The position numbers were made by a program, and so were the translations under genes. From Chloroflexota bacterium (GTDB lineage: Bacteria; Chloroflexota; UBA11872; VXOZ01): 64,000 bases of DNA. Below the pieces are notes generated by a model. It ran no database searches. It was not told the origin of the DNA and was given only the letters and a program-made list of their open reading frames with translations. The stretch lies in NCBI GenBank assembly GCA_963662335.2, contig CAXXVD010000001.1, positions 544,001-608,000 on the forward strand, read 5' to 3'. Shown piece after piece: positions 38,949-47,958 of the stretch. Position 1 is the first letter of the stretch; every line of letters begins with the position of its first letter.

Positions 38949-39113
38949 CTAGAATTGGCCCAGCAGGTCGCCAATCGCTTCCAGCGCGTCCTCGATGAAC
39001 CCGCCGCTCAACTCGTAGGCGTAGAGGAAAGCGATGATGAGCGTGGCCACCACGAGGGCGTAGAGGATGAGGCGCAGCAGCGAGCGGTTCCGCGTCCGCG
39101 GGCGAGGTACCAT
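38949..39113 (-). CDS. Small single-TM hypothetical protein (54 aa)
   Basis: ATG 39113 after GGAGGAGG; basic N-terminus plus hydrophobic helix. Confidence 0.65.
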   Translation of the reverse strand: MVPRPRTRNRSLLRLILYALVVATLIIAFLYAYELSGGFIEDALEAIGDLLGQF

Positions 39114-39133
39114 GGCTGAATGCGCCTCCTCCG

Positions 39134-39571
39134 TTAGGCGAATGACACGAACTCGGGCTGGCACGCGACGTCTTTCATGCCTTGCCAGAGCGGGTGCGCG
39201 CTGGGCAGGCGCGTGGCCGTGCCCTGGCGCGTGGCGTAGGCGTGGGTGGTTTGGCCGCAAGCCAGCAGACCGGACGCCGCCTCCGGTTCCCGCACGCGGT
39301 AGCCGAACACGACCTTGGCGCGGCTGGCCGCCATGAGCGCCGTGCGCACGCGCAGGGAGGCGTCGTAGCGGGCGGCGGCCAGGAAGCGCGCGCGGCACGC
39401 CACCACCGGCAGGTAGATGCCCTCCGCCTCCAGGTCCCGGTAGCGCAAACCCAACGCGCGCATCAATTCCACTCTGGCTACTTCGAACCACGTGAAGTAA
39501 TGGCCGTGGTACGCCACGCCCATGGCGTCGGTTTCGGCATAGCGAACGCGAATCGGGACGTCAAGTGTCAT
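39134..39571 (-). CDS. Hot-dog acyl-CoA thioesterase (YbgC/FadM family)
   Basis: RVRYAETDAMGVAYHGHYFTWFEVAR; real start ATG 39571. Confidence 0.92.
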   Translation of the reverse strand: MTLDVPIRVRYAETDAMGVAYHGHYFTWFEVARVELMRALGLRYRDLEAEGIYLPVVACRARFLAAARYDASLRVRTALMAASRAKVVFGYRVREPEAASGLLACGQTTHAYATRQGTATRLPSAHPLWQGMKDVACQPEFVSFA

Positions 39572-39686
39572 GCGCTGCGGCTTTACTATTTGGCGGCTGT
39601 GTGCCGCCGGCTCCGGCTGCCGTCCAGTATAGCGCATGAGGCGCGCGCGACCAATGAGCGCCGCCGGCCGTCGAGCAACGCCATCT

Positions 39687-39850
39687 GTCATTCCCGCGAA
39701 AGCGGGAATCCGTATTCTCCCCGGTCGCCCTGGATTCCCGCTTTCGCGGGAATGACGGAAAATGTGCCCGGGAATGACAGAACATGTGCCCGGGAGTGAC
39801 GGATAATGCGCCCGGGAATGATAGAAAGTACGACCGGGAGTGACGGAAAG
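39687..39850. repeat. Family-A REP doublet (39687-39756) followed by a 22-nt tandem array
   Basis: GGGA(A/G)TGA units at 39748, 39770, 39792, 39814 and 39836. Confidence 0.88.
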
Positions 39851-39886
39851 TGCGCGACGCAGAGAAGTGCTACACTTAAAGGCACT

Positions 39887-41074
39887 ATGCTCACGAATTC
39901 TCTCACACGCACGTCCAAGCCGCAGCGCGTCGTGGTCGCCATGTCCGGCGGCGTCGACTCGTCCGTGGTGGCCGCCATGCTTGCCGAGCAGGGGCACGAG
40001 GTGATCGGCGTCACGCTCAACGTCTGGCAGAAGGGCATGGTGGATACCCGCCTCCACGCCTGCTGCTCCGCCAGCGCCACCCACGACGCCCGGCGGGTGG
40101 CGGACCGCATCGGCATCCCGCACTACTCGCTGAATTTCCGCGAAATCTTCGCGAAGGAAGTGATGGCGCGGTTCGTGGCGTCGTACGCCGCCGGCCGCAC
40201 GCCGAACCCCTGCGTGGACTGCAACCAGTACGTCAAGTTCGCGGCCTTTCTGGAGCGCGCGCGGGCGCTTGACGCCGACTACCTGGCCACCGGCCACTAC
40301 GCGCGCATCGCGCACGATGCCGATTCCGGGCGCTATCGTCTGCTGCGCGCGCTGGATCCACAGAAGGACCAGTCCTACGTGCTCTACATGCTCGGGCAGC
40401 GCCAACTGGCGGGCACGCTCTTTCCCATGGGCGCGCAAACTAAGACGGAAACCCGCGCGTTGGCGCGGCGCTACGGCCTGCACGTGGCCGACAAGCCGGA
40501 CAGCTACGAGATTTGCTTCGTGACCAGCGACAACTACCGCGAGTTCTTGGAGTCGTGGCAGCCCGGCATCGCGGCCGCCGGCCCCATCTGCTACAAGGAC
40601 GGGCGGGTGCTGGGGGAGCACGACGGCATTGTGAACTACACCGTCGGCCAGCGCCGGGGGCTGGGCCTCACCTGGCCCCGGCCGCTCTACGTGATTGCGC
40701 TGGACCCCGAGGGGAACCGGGTATTCGTCGGCGAGCAGGAGGACCTCTACGTCCACGCGCTGGAGGCGATTGACGTGCACTGGACGGCGGATGCGCCGCC
40801 CAGCGAGCCGGCGCCCGTGCATGTGCGCACCCGCTACCGCATGGAGGCGGCGGCGGCAACCGTGGCGCCGGGCGCGGACGGTGAAGCGCGCGTGGAGTTC
40901 GCCCAGCCGATCCGCGCGGTGGCCCCGGGCCAGGCGACGGTCTTCTACCAGGGTGACGAGGTGCTCGGCGGGGGGCGCATCGACCGCGCGCTCAGCCCGG
41001 CGCGGGAAGCGCTGGCGGACGCGGTATCGCCGTTTGCTGCGGCGGCGAGAGATCTCGCCCCGGCGTCGGCGTAG
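39887..41074 (+). CDS. mnmA: tRNA-specific 2-thiouridylase
   Basis: AMSGGVDSS, TPNPCVDCN, ATGHYA, KDQSYVL, YTVGQRRGL, APGQ. Confidence 0.97.
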   Translation: MLTNSLTRTSKPQRVVVAMSGGVDSSVVAAMLAEQGHEVIGVTLNVWQKGMVDTRLHACCSASATHDARRVADRIGIPHYSLNFREIFAKEVMARFVASYAAGRTPNPCVDCNQYVKFAAFLERARALDADYLATGHYARIAHDADSGRYRLLRALDPQKDQSYVLYMLGQRQLAGTLFPMGAQTKTETRALARRYGLHVADKPDSYEICFVTSDNYREFLESWQPGIAAAGPICYKDGRVLGEHDGIVNYTVGQRRGLGLTWPRPLYVIALDPEGNRVFVGEQEDLYVHALEAIDVHWTADAPPSEPAPVHVRTRYRMEAAAATVAPGADGEARVEFAQPIRAVAPGQATVFYQGDEVLGGGRIDRALSPAREALADAVSPFAAAARDLAPASA

Positions 41075-41337
41075 GATTTAGTTGCTCCTCCGGGGGTGGC
41101 TGCACCGTCGGCGTCGACTCGGGTATCGGCGTTTGCATCGGCCCGCGCTCGCTGACGGCTTCGCGGGCGGAGAGTCTTTCGCGTCCCACATTTTGCCCTG
41201 CTCGCACCCGCGCTACGATAGTTCTACTCACCCCCCAGCCTCCCCACTGATGCAGGCCCTGCGGCTGGCTCAGGACACGTTGCAGCCTGCGCCGGGACTG
41301 GTACCTCACGGAGTCTCGCCCGCGTAGCCGCGCTATA

Positions 41338-44300
41338 ATGAGCGCCAGTAGAAACGCAAGCACTGCGTCTCCCATGCCGGCAGGCGCGCGCCCGCCCACC
41401 GCGCGGCGACGCCGGTTCCCCAGGAGCGAATCTCCCATCGTGGCGCGCATCCTCTTCTTCAGCGGCTATCTTCTCGTGCTCGGCGCGGCCACGCTGGCGT
41501 TGGTCGGCTATCGGTTCTGGTTCGAGACCGGCGTGGCGTACGGGCGCGAGTCGGTGTACCCCATTCGCCACGCCGACGTGTATCGCTACGGCATCAACAC
41601 GCGCTTCGACCAAGATCCGGATTGGGAACGGATCGAGCGCGGCATGGCGCTGCTGGAGGAGGCGGGCTTTCGCTACATCCGGCAGCTCATTCCCTGGGAA
41701 GACATCGAGCGTCCATCCAAGGGACGGTATTGGAACGAGTATGAGCAGGTAAGCTCCTGGCTGAAGTACGACCGGCTGGTTGCGCTGGCAAAGCAATACA
41801 ATCTGACGCTCATCGTGCGCCCGGAGCGGCCGCCGGCGTGGGCGTACGCCGACGGCGCGCGGCCGGAGGATGGGCGTCACCAGGGACCGCCGGCGCGGCT
41901 CGAGGACTACGGCGACTTCGTCTATGCGTTCGCCCAGCGGTATCGCGGGGACGTGCACATCTTCCAAATCTGGAACGAACCCAATCTCCATGGCGAATGG
42001 TGGCCGCACAACCCCGATCCGGCGGCCTACGTGGCACTGCTGAAGGTTGCCTCCCAGCGGATCCGACAGGCGAATCCGGAGGCGATCATCGTTGCCGCCG
42101 TGCTGGCGCCAACGACGGAGACCGGCCCGCGGAACGTTAGTGAGTTGCTCTTCCTCGAGGGCATCTACGCCCACGGCGGCGCGCCGTACTTCGACGTGGC
42201 CAGCACCGCGTCCTACGGTTTGTGGTACGCGCCTGGCGACCGCTATATTGCGCGGCACCGCACGAACTTGGCGCGGGCGGCGCTGGTGCGGGAGGTGATG
42301 GTACGCAACGGCGACGCGGCGAAACCGGTGTGGGCCGGCGAGTACGGCTGGGTCGCGCTGCCGCCGGATTGGCAAGGCAACCCGTCGCTGTGGGGCAACG
42401 TGTCGGAGGAAACCCAGGCGCAGTATACGCTCGCGGGGATGGAGCGCGCCCAACGCGAGTGGCCGTGGCTGCCGGTGATCAACCTCTGGCACTTCTACTG
42501 GCCGGACGCGCATCCCGACGACCCTACCCAGCACTTCGCCGTGGTGGACGCGGATTTCGCGCCGCGCCCGGTGCTCACCGCCCTGCGCACAGCCATGCGC
42601 GCGCCGCCCGCGCTGGGTCCCGGCTACCACCAGGAGTCGCATCCGGCCCTGGCGTGGGAAGGGGCGTGGCTGGACATTGGCGACGCGCGCTACGTGCTGG
42701 GGCAGGCGCGGGGCAGCCCGCTGGGGGGCGCAAAACTCCGCTTCCGGTTTCGGGGCACGGCGGTCTCGCTGGTGGTGCGCCGGGGGCCGGATACCGGCAT
42801 TGCGCTGGTGCGCATAAACGGCTCGCAGTCGCTGGCCCACCGCTTGGCGAAGGACGCCGGCGGCCAAGCGACGCTGGACCTCTACGCGCCTGACGACCGC
42901 TGGCAGGAAGAGGTACTGCTGGCGGACCGGCTGCCGGACCGGGAACACGTGGTCGAGATCGAGATCACGGGCCGGCGCAATCCCCAGTCGAGCGCTTCCG
43001 GCGTAGACATCGACGCCGTGGTCGTCGTGCGCGAGCGCCCCTTGTGGCCCTACGTGGTCGTGGGCGGCCTCTACGCGGGATTCCTTGCCGCCGTGGGCTG
43101 GGTGATCGCCGGTTGGCTGCGGCGGCGCGCGTGGCCGCGCCGGCTGCTCCACACGGCGGTCGGCTGGACCGCGAGCGGAATCTGGCGGCACGAAGCGGCG
43201 CGGTGCGCGTTGCTCCTGCCGCTGGCGGCGCTGCTCTGGCTCGCGCCGGGCGCGGCGGCGCAGTACCTGCTGCTGGCGCTGCTTGGTCTCGCCGCGCTGG
43301 TCTGGCCCCGTGCGTTGCTCTACGTCGTGGCGGCGTTGTTGCCGTTTGCCGTGCTCGTGCCTGCCGCCGGCGGCCTGGCGCTGCCGGTGAGCGAGATGCT
43401 GGCCGTATTGCTCACCGGTTCCCTGATTGCGCACGCGTACCTGCAAGGACGCTGGCCGGTGGCACGGCGCGTCTTCTTCTGGTGGGCGGTCGGTCTGCTC
43501 GCAATTGGCGCGGTCTCGCTGCTCTTTGCCCACTACGGCGTCTTTAGCCTGCGCGAATTGCGGCAGACGATTCTTGTGCCCGTATTGCTGTTCATAGTTG
43601 CCTGTTGGCTCCTGGAGAACCGGCAGCAGGCCTGGCGGTTGGTCCAGGCGTTTGTGGCGGGCGCGGTGGTTGCGGCCGGCGTGGCGCTGCTTGGGCCGCT
43701 GGTCGAATCCCTGGCAGGCGCCGGTTCAGGGCTGCGGTTTACGGTAGAAGCGGAAGGCGTGCGGCGGCTCACGGGCTTCTATCCCTCGCCCAACCACCTG
43801 GCGCTGATCGTGGAGCGCGCCCTGCCGTTCGTGGTGGCCGCGGGCGCGTGCAAGCTCTGGCCGCGGCGCGTGGCCTGGCCGCTGGCCGCCGTGCTCGCGC
43901 TGGCGCTGCTGGGCAGCTTCTCCCGCGCCGGTTGGCTGGCCGGCTTCGCGCTGCTGCTCTTCTTCATCTGGACGCTCTGGCCGGAGCGCCGCCAGCGGCT
44001 GCAATTCGTGGGCGGGGCGCTCGTGGCCGGCGCGCTGCTGCTGGCCGGCGGCGTCACCCTGGGCCCGGAGCGCGTGCGTTCCGCGCTCAGCGTGGAACCG
44101 GGAACCACCACGCACATGCGCCTGTTGCAAGGCCAGTCCTCGCTCCGGATGGCGGTGGACTACCCGCTCACCGGCGTCGGGCCGGACAACTACCTCTACG
44201 TCTACGCGGACTACCTGCACCCGGACGCCGGCAGCGAGCCGAACCTCTCGCACCCGCACAATCTGTTCCTGGACTTCTGGCTGCGGCTGGGGCTGGCGGG

Positions 44301-44580
44301 GCTGGTCTTCATCGCGGCGTTTCTCGCGCGCTTCTTCCTGCTGACGCACCGCCTGGCGCGGGGCAGCGGCGAACGGGCGGTCCGCGCTTTGGCGCTGGGC
44401 CTGGCCGGCAGCCAGCTTGCCGCGGTCACCCACGGCCTGCTGGACAACTACTACTTTCTGCCGGACTTGGCGAGTTGGTTCTGGTTGACGGCCGCGCTGT
44501 GCGCGCTGGTGTACGCGACACGCCCCGGACGCCCGCAATCCGCAGCGGCCGCCGGCGCGCCCGCGCTGGGAGCGCGTTGA
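41338..44580 (+). CDS. Fusion: clan GH-A glycoside hydrolase (GH5/GH39-like), beta-sandwich and O-antigen ligase/Wzy_C membrane domain
   Basis: IWNEPN acid/base, WAGEYGW nucleophile; YPSPNHLA, SFSRAGWL, GVGPDNY, SHPHNLFLDFW; start uncertain. Confidence 0.85.
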   Translation: MSASRNASTASPMPAGARPPTARRRRFPRSESPIVARILFFSGYLLVLGAATLALVGYRFWFETGVAYGRESVYPIRHADVYRYGINTRFDQDPDWERIERGMALLEEAGFRYIRQLIPWEDIERPSKGRYWNEYEQVSSWLKYDRLVALAKQYNLTLIVRPERPPAWAYADGARPEDGRHQGPPARLEDYGDFVYAFAQRYRGDVHIFQIWNEPNLHGEWWPHNPDPAAYVALLKVASQRIRQANPEAIIVAAVLAPTTETGPRNVSELLFLEGIYAHGGAPYFDVASTASYGLWYAPGDRYIARHRTNLARAALVREVMVRNGDAAKPVWAGEYGWVALPPDWQGNPSLWGNVSEETQAQYTLAGMERAQREWPWLPVINLWHFYWPDAHPDDPTQHFAVVDADFAPRPVLTALRTAMRAPPALGPGYHQESHPALAWEGAWLDIGDARYVLGQARGSPLGGAKLRFRFRGTAVSLVVRRGPDTGIALVRINGSQSLAHRLAKDAGGQATLDLYAPDDRWQEEVLLADRLPDREHVVEIEITGRRNPQSSASGVDIDAVVVVRERPLWPYVVVGGLYAGFLAAVGWVIAGWLRRRAWPRRLLHTAVGWTASGIWRHEAARCALLLPLAALLWLAPGAAAQYLLLALLGLAALVWPRALLYVVAALLPFAVLVPAAGGLALPVSEMLAVLLTGSLIAHAYLQGRWPVARRVFFWWAVGLLAIGAVSLLFAHYGVFSLRELRQTILVPVLLFIVACWLLENRQQAWRLVQAFVAGAVVAAGVALLGPLVESLAGAGSGLRFTVEAEGVRRLTGFYPSPNHLALIVERALPFVVAAGACKLWPRRVAWPLAAVLALALLGSFSRAGWLAGFALLLFFIWTLWPERRQRLQFVGGALVAGALLLAGGVTLGPERVRSALSVEPGTTTHMRLLQGQSSLRMAVDYPLTGVGPDNYLYVYADYLHPDAGSEPNLSHPHNLFLDFWLRLGLAGLVFIAAFLARFFLLTHRLARGSGERAVRALALGLAGSQLAAVTHGLLDNYYFLPDLASWFWLTAALCALVYATRPGRPQSAAAAGAPALGAR

Positions 44581-44602
44581 GCAGCCATTGGCGCGGCCTC
44601 GA

Positions 44603-44678
44603 TGTCATTCCAAGCGCAGCGAGGAATCTACGCATGCCGCGCACGAGATTCTTCGTCGCTGCCCTCCTCAGAATGACA
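44603..44678. repeat. REP family B doublet
   Basis: TGTCATTCCAAGCGCAGCGAGGAATCT...AGATTCTTCGTCGCT..CTCAGAATGACA. Confidence 0.8.
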
Positions 44679-44800
44679 GCTAGAGACTCCGCATGGGCGG
44701 AAGTACGCGCGGTATTGCATATCCGCGTGGTATGAGTCCAATCCCACTGATTCCGTCTTTGTCCCAATGCGGAGTCGTGTGGTATTGTAAAATCAGAGCC

Positions 44801-45205
44801 ATGAAGACGATTACGGTCGCGACCGCGCACGCCACTGAACTGGTAGACATCACCAGCGACCTTCACGACGCCGTGGCGGAATCCGGCATACAGGAAGGTG
44901 TCTGTAGCGTCTTCTGTTTGCATACTACGGCAAGTGTAATTGTCAACGAAAACGAACCTGGGCTCACGCAGGACTTCGAGTCCGTGGTGCGCGACTTGCT
45001 CCCGCAGGGGCGCTACCGGCACGACTGCGTGGATAATAACGCGCGGTCGCACCTCACCGCCGGCATCGTGGGGTGCAATATCATGATCCCCGTGCATCGC
45101 GGCCGCCTGGTGTTGGGCACGTGGCAGAGCGTCTTCTTCGTGGAACTCGACGGCCCGCGACCCCGGCGCTCGGTGGCGGTGCAGATCGTGCCCTGCGCCG
45201 GCTGA
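44801..45205 (+). CDS. yjbQ: YjbQ/UPF0047 family protein
   Basis: HTTASVIVNENEP, YRHD..DNNARSHL, LGTWQSVFFVELDGPR. Confidence 0.92.
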   Translation: MKTITVATAHATELVDITSDLHDAVAESGIQEGVCSVFCLHTTASVIVNENEPGLTQDFESVVRDLLPQGRYRHDCVDNNARSHLTAGIVGCNIMIPVHRGRLVLGTWQSVFFVELDGPRPRRSVAVQIVPCAG

Positions 45206-45230
45206 ACCTGCGCCACTCTCCCGCACTCGC

Positions 45231-45382
45231 CCCTCTTCCGTTCGCCTCGCCCCTATTCCACTCGCCTTACCCTCTTCCGTTCGCCTTACCCATCTTCCGT
45301 TTGCCTCACCCCACTTCCGTTTGCCTTGCCCCTATTCCGCTCGCTTTGCCCCTCTTCCGTTCGCACTGAGCCTGTCGAAGGG
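45231..45382. repeat. 20-nt degenerate tandem array (7 units) running into a family-F element (45357-45382)
   Basis: TTCC(G/A) at 45236, 45256, 45275, 45295, 45315, 45335 and 45355, then CCGTTCGCACTGAGCCTGTCGAAGGG. Confidence 0.88.
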
Positions 45383-45424
45383 CGTCGCCCGGCGCACGCC
45401 GGCGGCAGACCGTTCCGGCATCAT

Positions 45425-45592
45425 CCCCTCACCCCGGGAATCCTTTCCAACAACCCCTTCCCCCTCAAGGGATAAAGTTGGGATAGGGGTCAAATGGCTT
45501 GACTTCATGGCACGTGTAGCTGGACTGGCGCCTCTGGATTCCGGCTCTTGCCGGAATGACAGAGTAACGCAAATATCTCCCTGGGAGAGGGA
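45425..45592. repeat. Composite of family E, family-A half and a TIR-like end
   Basis: Same order as 56578-56726. Confidence 0.65.
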
Positions 45593-45609
45593 GTATTAGC
45601 GATGCCGCC

Positions 45610-47883
45610 TCATTGCAGGACATGGGCCACGTCGAACAGGATAAAGAACGCGGCCAAGCCGAGGATGCCGCCCCAATAGAGCCGCAGCCGCAGTTCGAAG
45701 TGCCGGCAGAGCCACGCCCAGCAGTAGAGGACCGCCCCTTGCATGGCCAATACCAGAACCAGCACGACCGCTAAGAAGAAGATATGGTTGTTGAACTCTC
45801 GCCATAGCGCCATAGACCAAAAGTCGAGCCCCAGGAGGAAGGCGGGGTCTTGCGGCCAGATCGCCACGCCCAGCAGCGTCCAGGGCGGATGGCCGAGCAA
45901 CGCGGCTGAGACGTCCGCTTGCGGCGCGAAGAGTTTGGCGGCGTCCGCCGCCAGCGCCCAGAGGTGCGCGAAGAGGGGCGAGAACGGCGCCGCAAAGAGG
46001 GAGAGCACGTTCTCCTTATCCATCGCGTCCAGCGTGGGCAGGGCGTAGTAGGCCTGTCCCACGCGCCCGGCCAGGAACGCGCCGTTTTCCGGTATCTGGG
46101 GCAGAATCTGCGCGCGCAGCAGGTCGAAGTACGCCGTGAAGTCCTTGGCCACCGCGATGATCTGCACGCCAATGCCGGCCGCGCCCAGCGCTAGCGCCGC
46201 GCGCAGTTCCCGGACACCGTTGTCGAAGAGCGCCTTCTCCAGGATTGGCGCGGCCATGATGAGGCAGAGGGGGACGGCCGGAACCAGAAACCGCGGCCCC
46301 CAGCCGCTGCCGCCGTACCAGTCGCTCGCGCCGCTGTACACCAGGAGATAGAGCAGCGGGATGCCGATGAAGGGCAGCGTCCACCACTTGTGCCGTCCCA
46401 CGAAGAGCAGGCTGCCAAAGAGCGCCAGGATGAGGGGCGGCGCGTAGAGCAAGACGCTCTTCCCCGGACTGAGGAGCGTGCCGAACAGGCCGATCCAGAG
46501 CGGGAGATCGAGCCAGGCGGTCGCGCGCTCGGCCAGGTCACCGGCCGCCGGCGGCTGCGCGTCGAATCCCAGCGCGAGCACGGCCAGCGCCGCCGCGCCA
46601 AGCACGGCAACGGGGGCCAAGAACGCCGCGGTGCTCGTCACGGCCCAGGCCAGACGGCGCAAGACGTGCTGGGCGCTCTGCAGTGAGACGAGCGCCGGCA
46701 CGAACGCCAGCACAACGAGATTCAGCGCCGTCGTAAACTCGATCGCAATGCCGCCAAAGAGCGCGCAGCCGGCAACCGGCAGCCAGGCGACCTGCCGTTC
46801 CTGGAGGCCGCGCAAGAGGAAGTAGACCGTTCCCAGCAGCGCGAGCGCGATGCCCGGCTCCGCAAAGTCGTAGGTGGCGTACGGCCAGGCGAGGGTGGCC
46901 AGGCCGTAGAGCATCGTCACGGCGAGGGCAACCTGGCTGTGGTACCCCAGGCGGCGGGTGATGAGGAATACCAGCACCGCGTTCAGGGCGGAGACCCAGG
47001 CCGCCGTGAAGAGCGCGAACAGACGGATGAAGAAGTCGCTGTTCGCCTGCTCGGACCAGACGTTCCCGCTCGCGCCGATGAGGAGCGGCGCGGAGGCCCC
47101 GGCGTCGATGAGGTTCAGGGACGTGATGTGCAAGCTGCCTTCGTCGGCCAGGTACTGTATCGTGGCGCTCTTTACGGTCAACGTCTGCGGAAAGTCGAGT
47201 TGCGAGACGTAGACGTGGGACCGGGGGAGGCCGATGCGGCCGGCCGCGGCGTTGGCGCGCTCGTGCGCCACGGCGCCGCCCATCTCCGGCCGGTCGTACG
47301 CCCAGTCCGCGGTATCGCGTCCGGCCAGCATCTGGCCGTAGAATCTGCCGGTGGGAACGGTATCCAACGTGATGGTGGCGATGCGCATGCCGTCCTCGAG
47401 CGCGCGCGCATCCGCCAGATAGGAAAATATCACCAGACCCGAGGCGCGCACCTCATCAAGCGGAATGTAGACCGAATCGCGGGCGCCGGGCGCGCCGCGC
47501 GGCGCGAGCGCGGGATACGCCGCGACGCGGTAGTCGCGCCCCTCGTGCCGGAACGTGTCCTTTTGCGGCAACAGCGGCTCGACGACGGTCCCGAGGAGCA
47601 AAGCGGGCTGCATGAGCAGCGGCAGGCCGATCTCCCACCCCTCCAGGTCGCGGTACCGTTCGCCCGCAAACGTCTGCCGCGGGTCGAGAAGGAGGCTGCG
47701 GCCCACGTCGTAGGCGTCGCGTCCTTGCGGACTGTACGCATGGCCGCCGGCCGTCAGGGCGTACAGGAGCAGAAAGAAGAGGAAGAGGACGCCGAGCAAG
47801 CGGCGCGTGTGCCCCGGCGCGTCTTCCAGAGAAGGGTGTACGCTCGTGAGCGGCGCCGCGCGGGTGGAGTGGAAGCGCTTCAT
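45610..47883 (-). CDS. Polytopic membrane protein, probable GT-C fold glycosyltransferase with inserted extracytoplasmic domain
   Basis: LYGLATLAWPYATYDFAEP, LLSPGKSVLLYAP, WYGGSGWGPRFLVP. Confidence 0.65.
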   Translation of the reverse strand: MKRFHSTRAAPLTSVHPSLEDAPGHTRRLLGVLFLFFLLLYALTAGGHAYSPQGRDAYDVGRSLLLDPRQTFAGERYRDLEGWEIGLPLLMQPALLLGTVVEPLLPQKDTFRHEGRDYRVAAYPALAPRGAPGARDSVYIPLDEVRASGLVIFSYLADARALEDGMRIATITLDTVPTGRFYGQMLAGRDTADWAYDRPEMGGAVAHERANAAAGRIGLPRSHVYVSQLDFPQTLTVKSATIQYLADEGSLHITSLNLIDAGASAPLLIGASGNVWSEQANSDFFIRLFALFTAAWVSALNAVLVFLITRRLGYHSQVALAVTMLYGLATLAWPYATYDFAEPGIALALLGTVYFLLRGLQERQVAWLPVAGCALFGGIAIEFTTALNLVVLAFVPALVSLQSAQHVLRRLAWAVTSTAAFLAPVAVLGAAALAVLALGFDAQPPAAGDLAERATAWLDLPLWIGLFGTLLSPGKSVLLYAPPLILALFGSLLFVGRHKWWTLPFIGIPLLYLLVYSGASDWYGGSGWGPRFLVPAVPLCLIMAAPILEKALFDNGVRELRAALALGAAGIGVQIIAVAKDFTAYFDLLRAQILPQIPENGAFLAGRVGQAYYALPTLDAMDKENVLSLFAAPFSPLFAHLWALAADAAKLFAPQADVSAALLGHPPWTLLGVAIWPQDPAFLLGLDFWSMALWREFNNHIFFLAVVLVLVLAMQGAVLYCWAWLCRHFELRLRLYWGGILGLAAFFILFDVAHVLQ

Positions 47884-47958
47884 AGTAGCGATAGTAGCAG
47901 GGCGCGGCGCGCGCTAGCAACCGCCGCGCGCTCACGCGCGGTGGGGCGAGAATCCCCT

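Noticed and set aside
39748-39850. Tandem arrays (also 13151, 19632, 45231) as CRISPR arrays
   Set aside because: Period is only 20-22 nt, variable parts are about 10 nt and related to each other, and there are no cas genes.
39134-40822. 562-aa ORF as a large thioesterase fusion; likewise the 625-aa aroA, 612-aa hisZ/S and 498-aa secD ORFs
   Set aside because: The N-terminal extensions run through other genes or repeats; internal starts give normal lengths.
41078-41337. Small Pro-rich ORF between mnmA and the GH fusion
   Set aside because: No consistent start/RBS, it overlaps both neighbours, and the region contains a family-F variant repeat.
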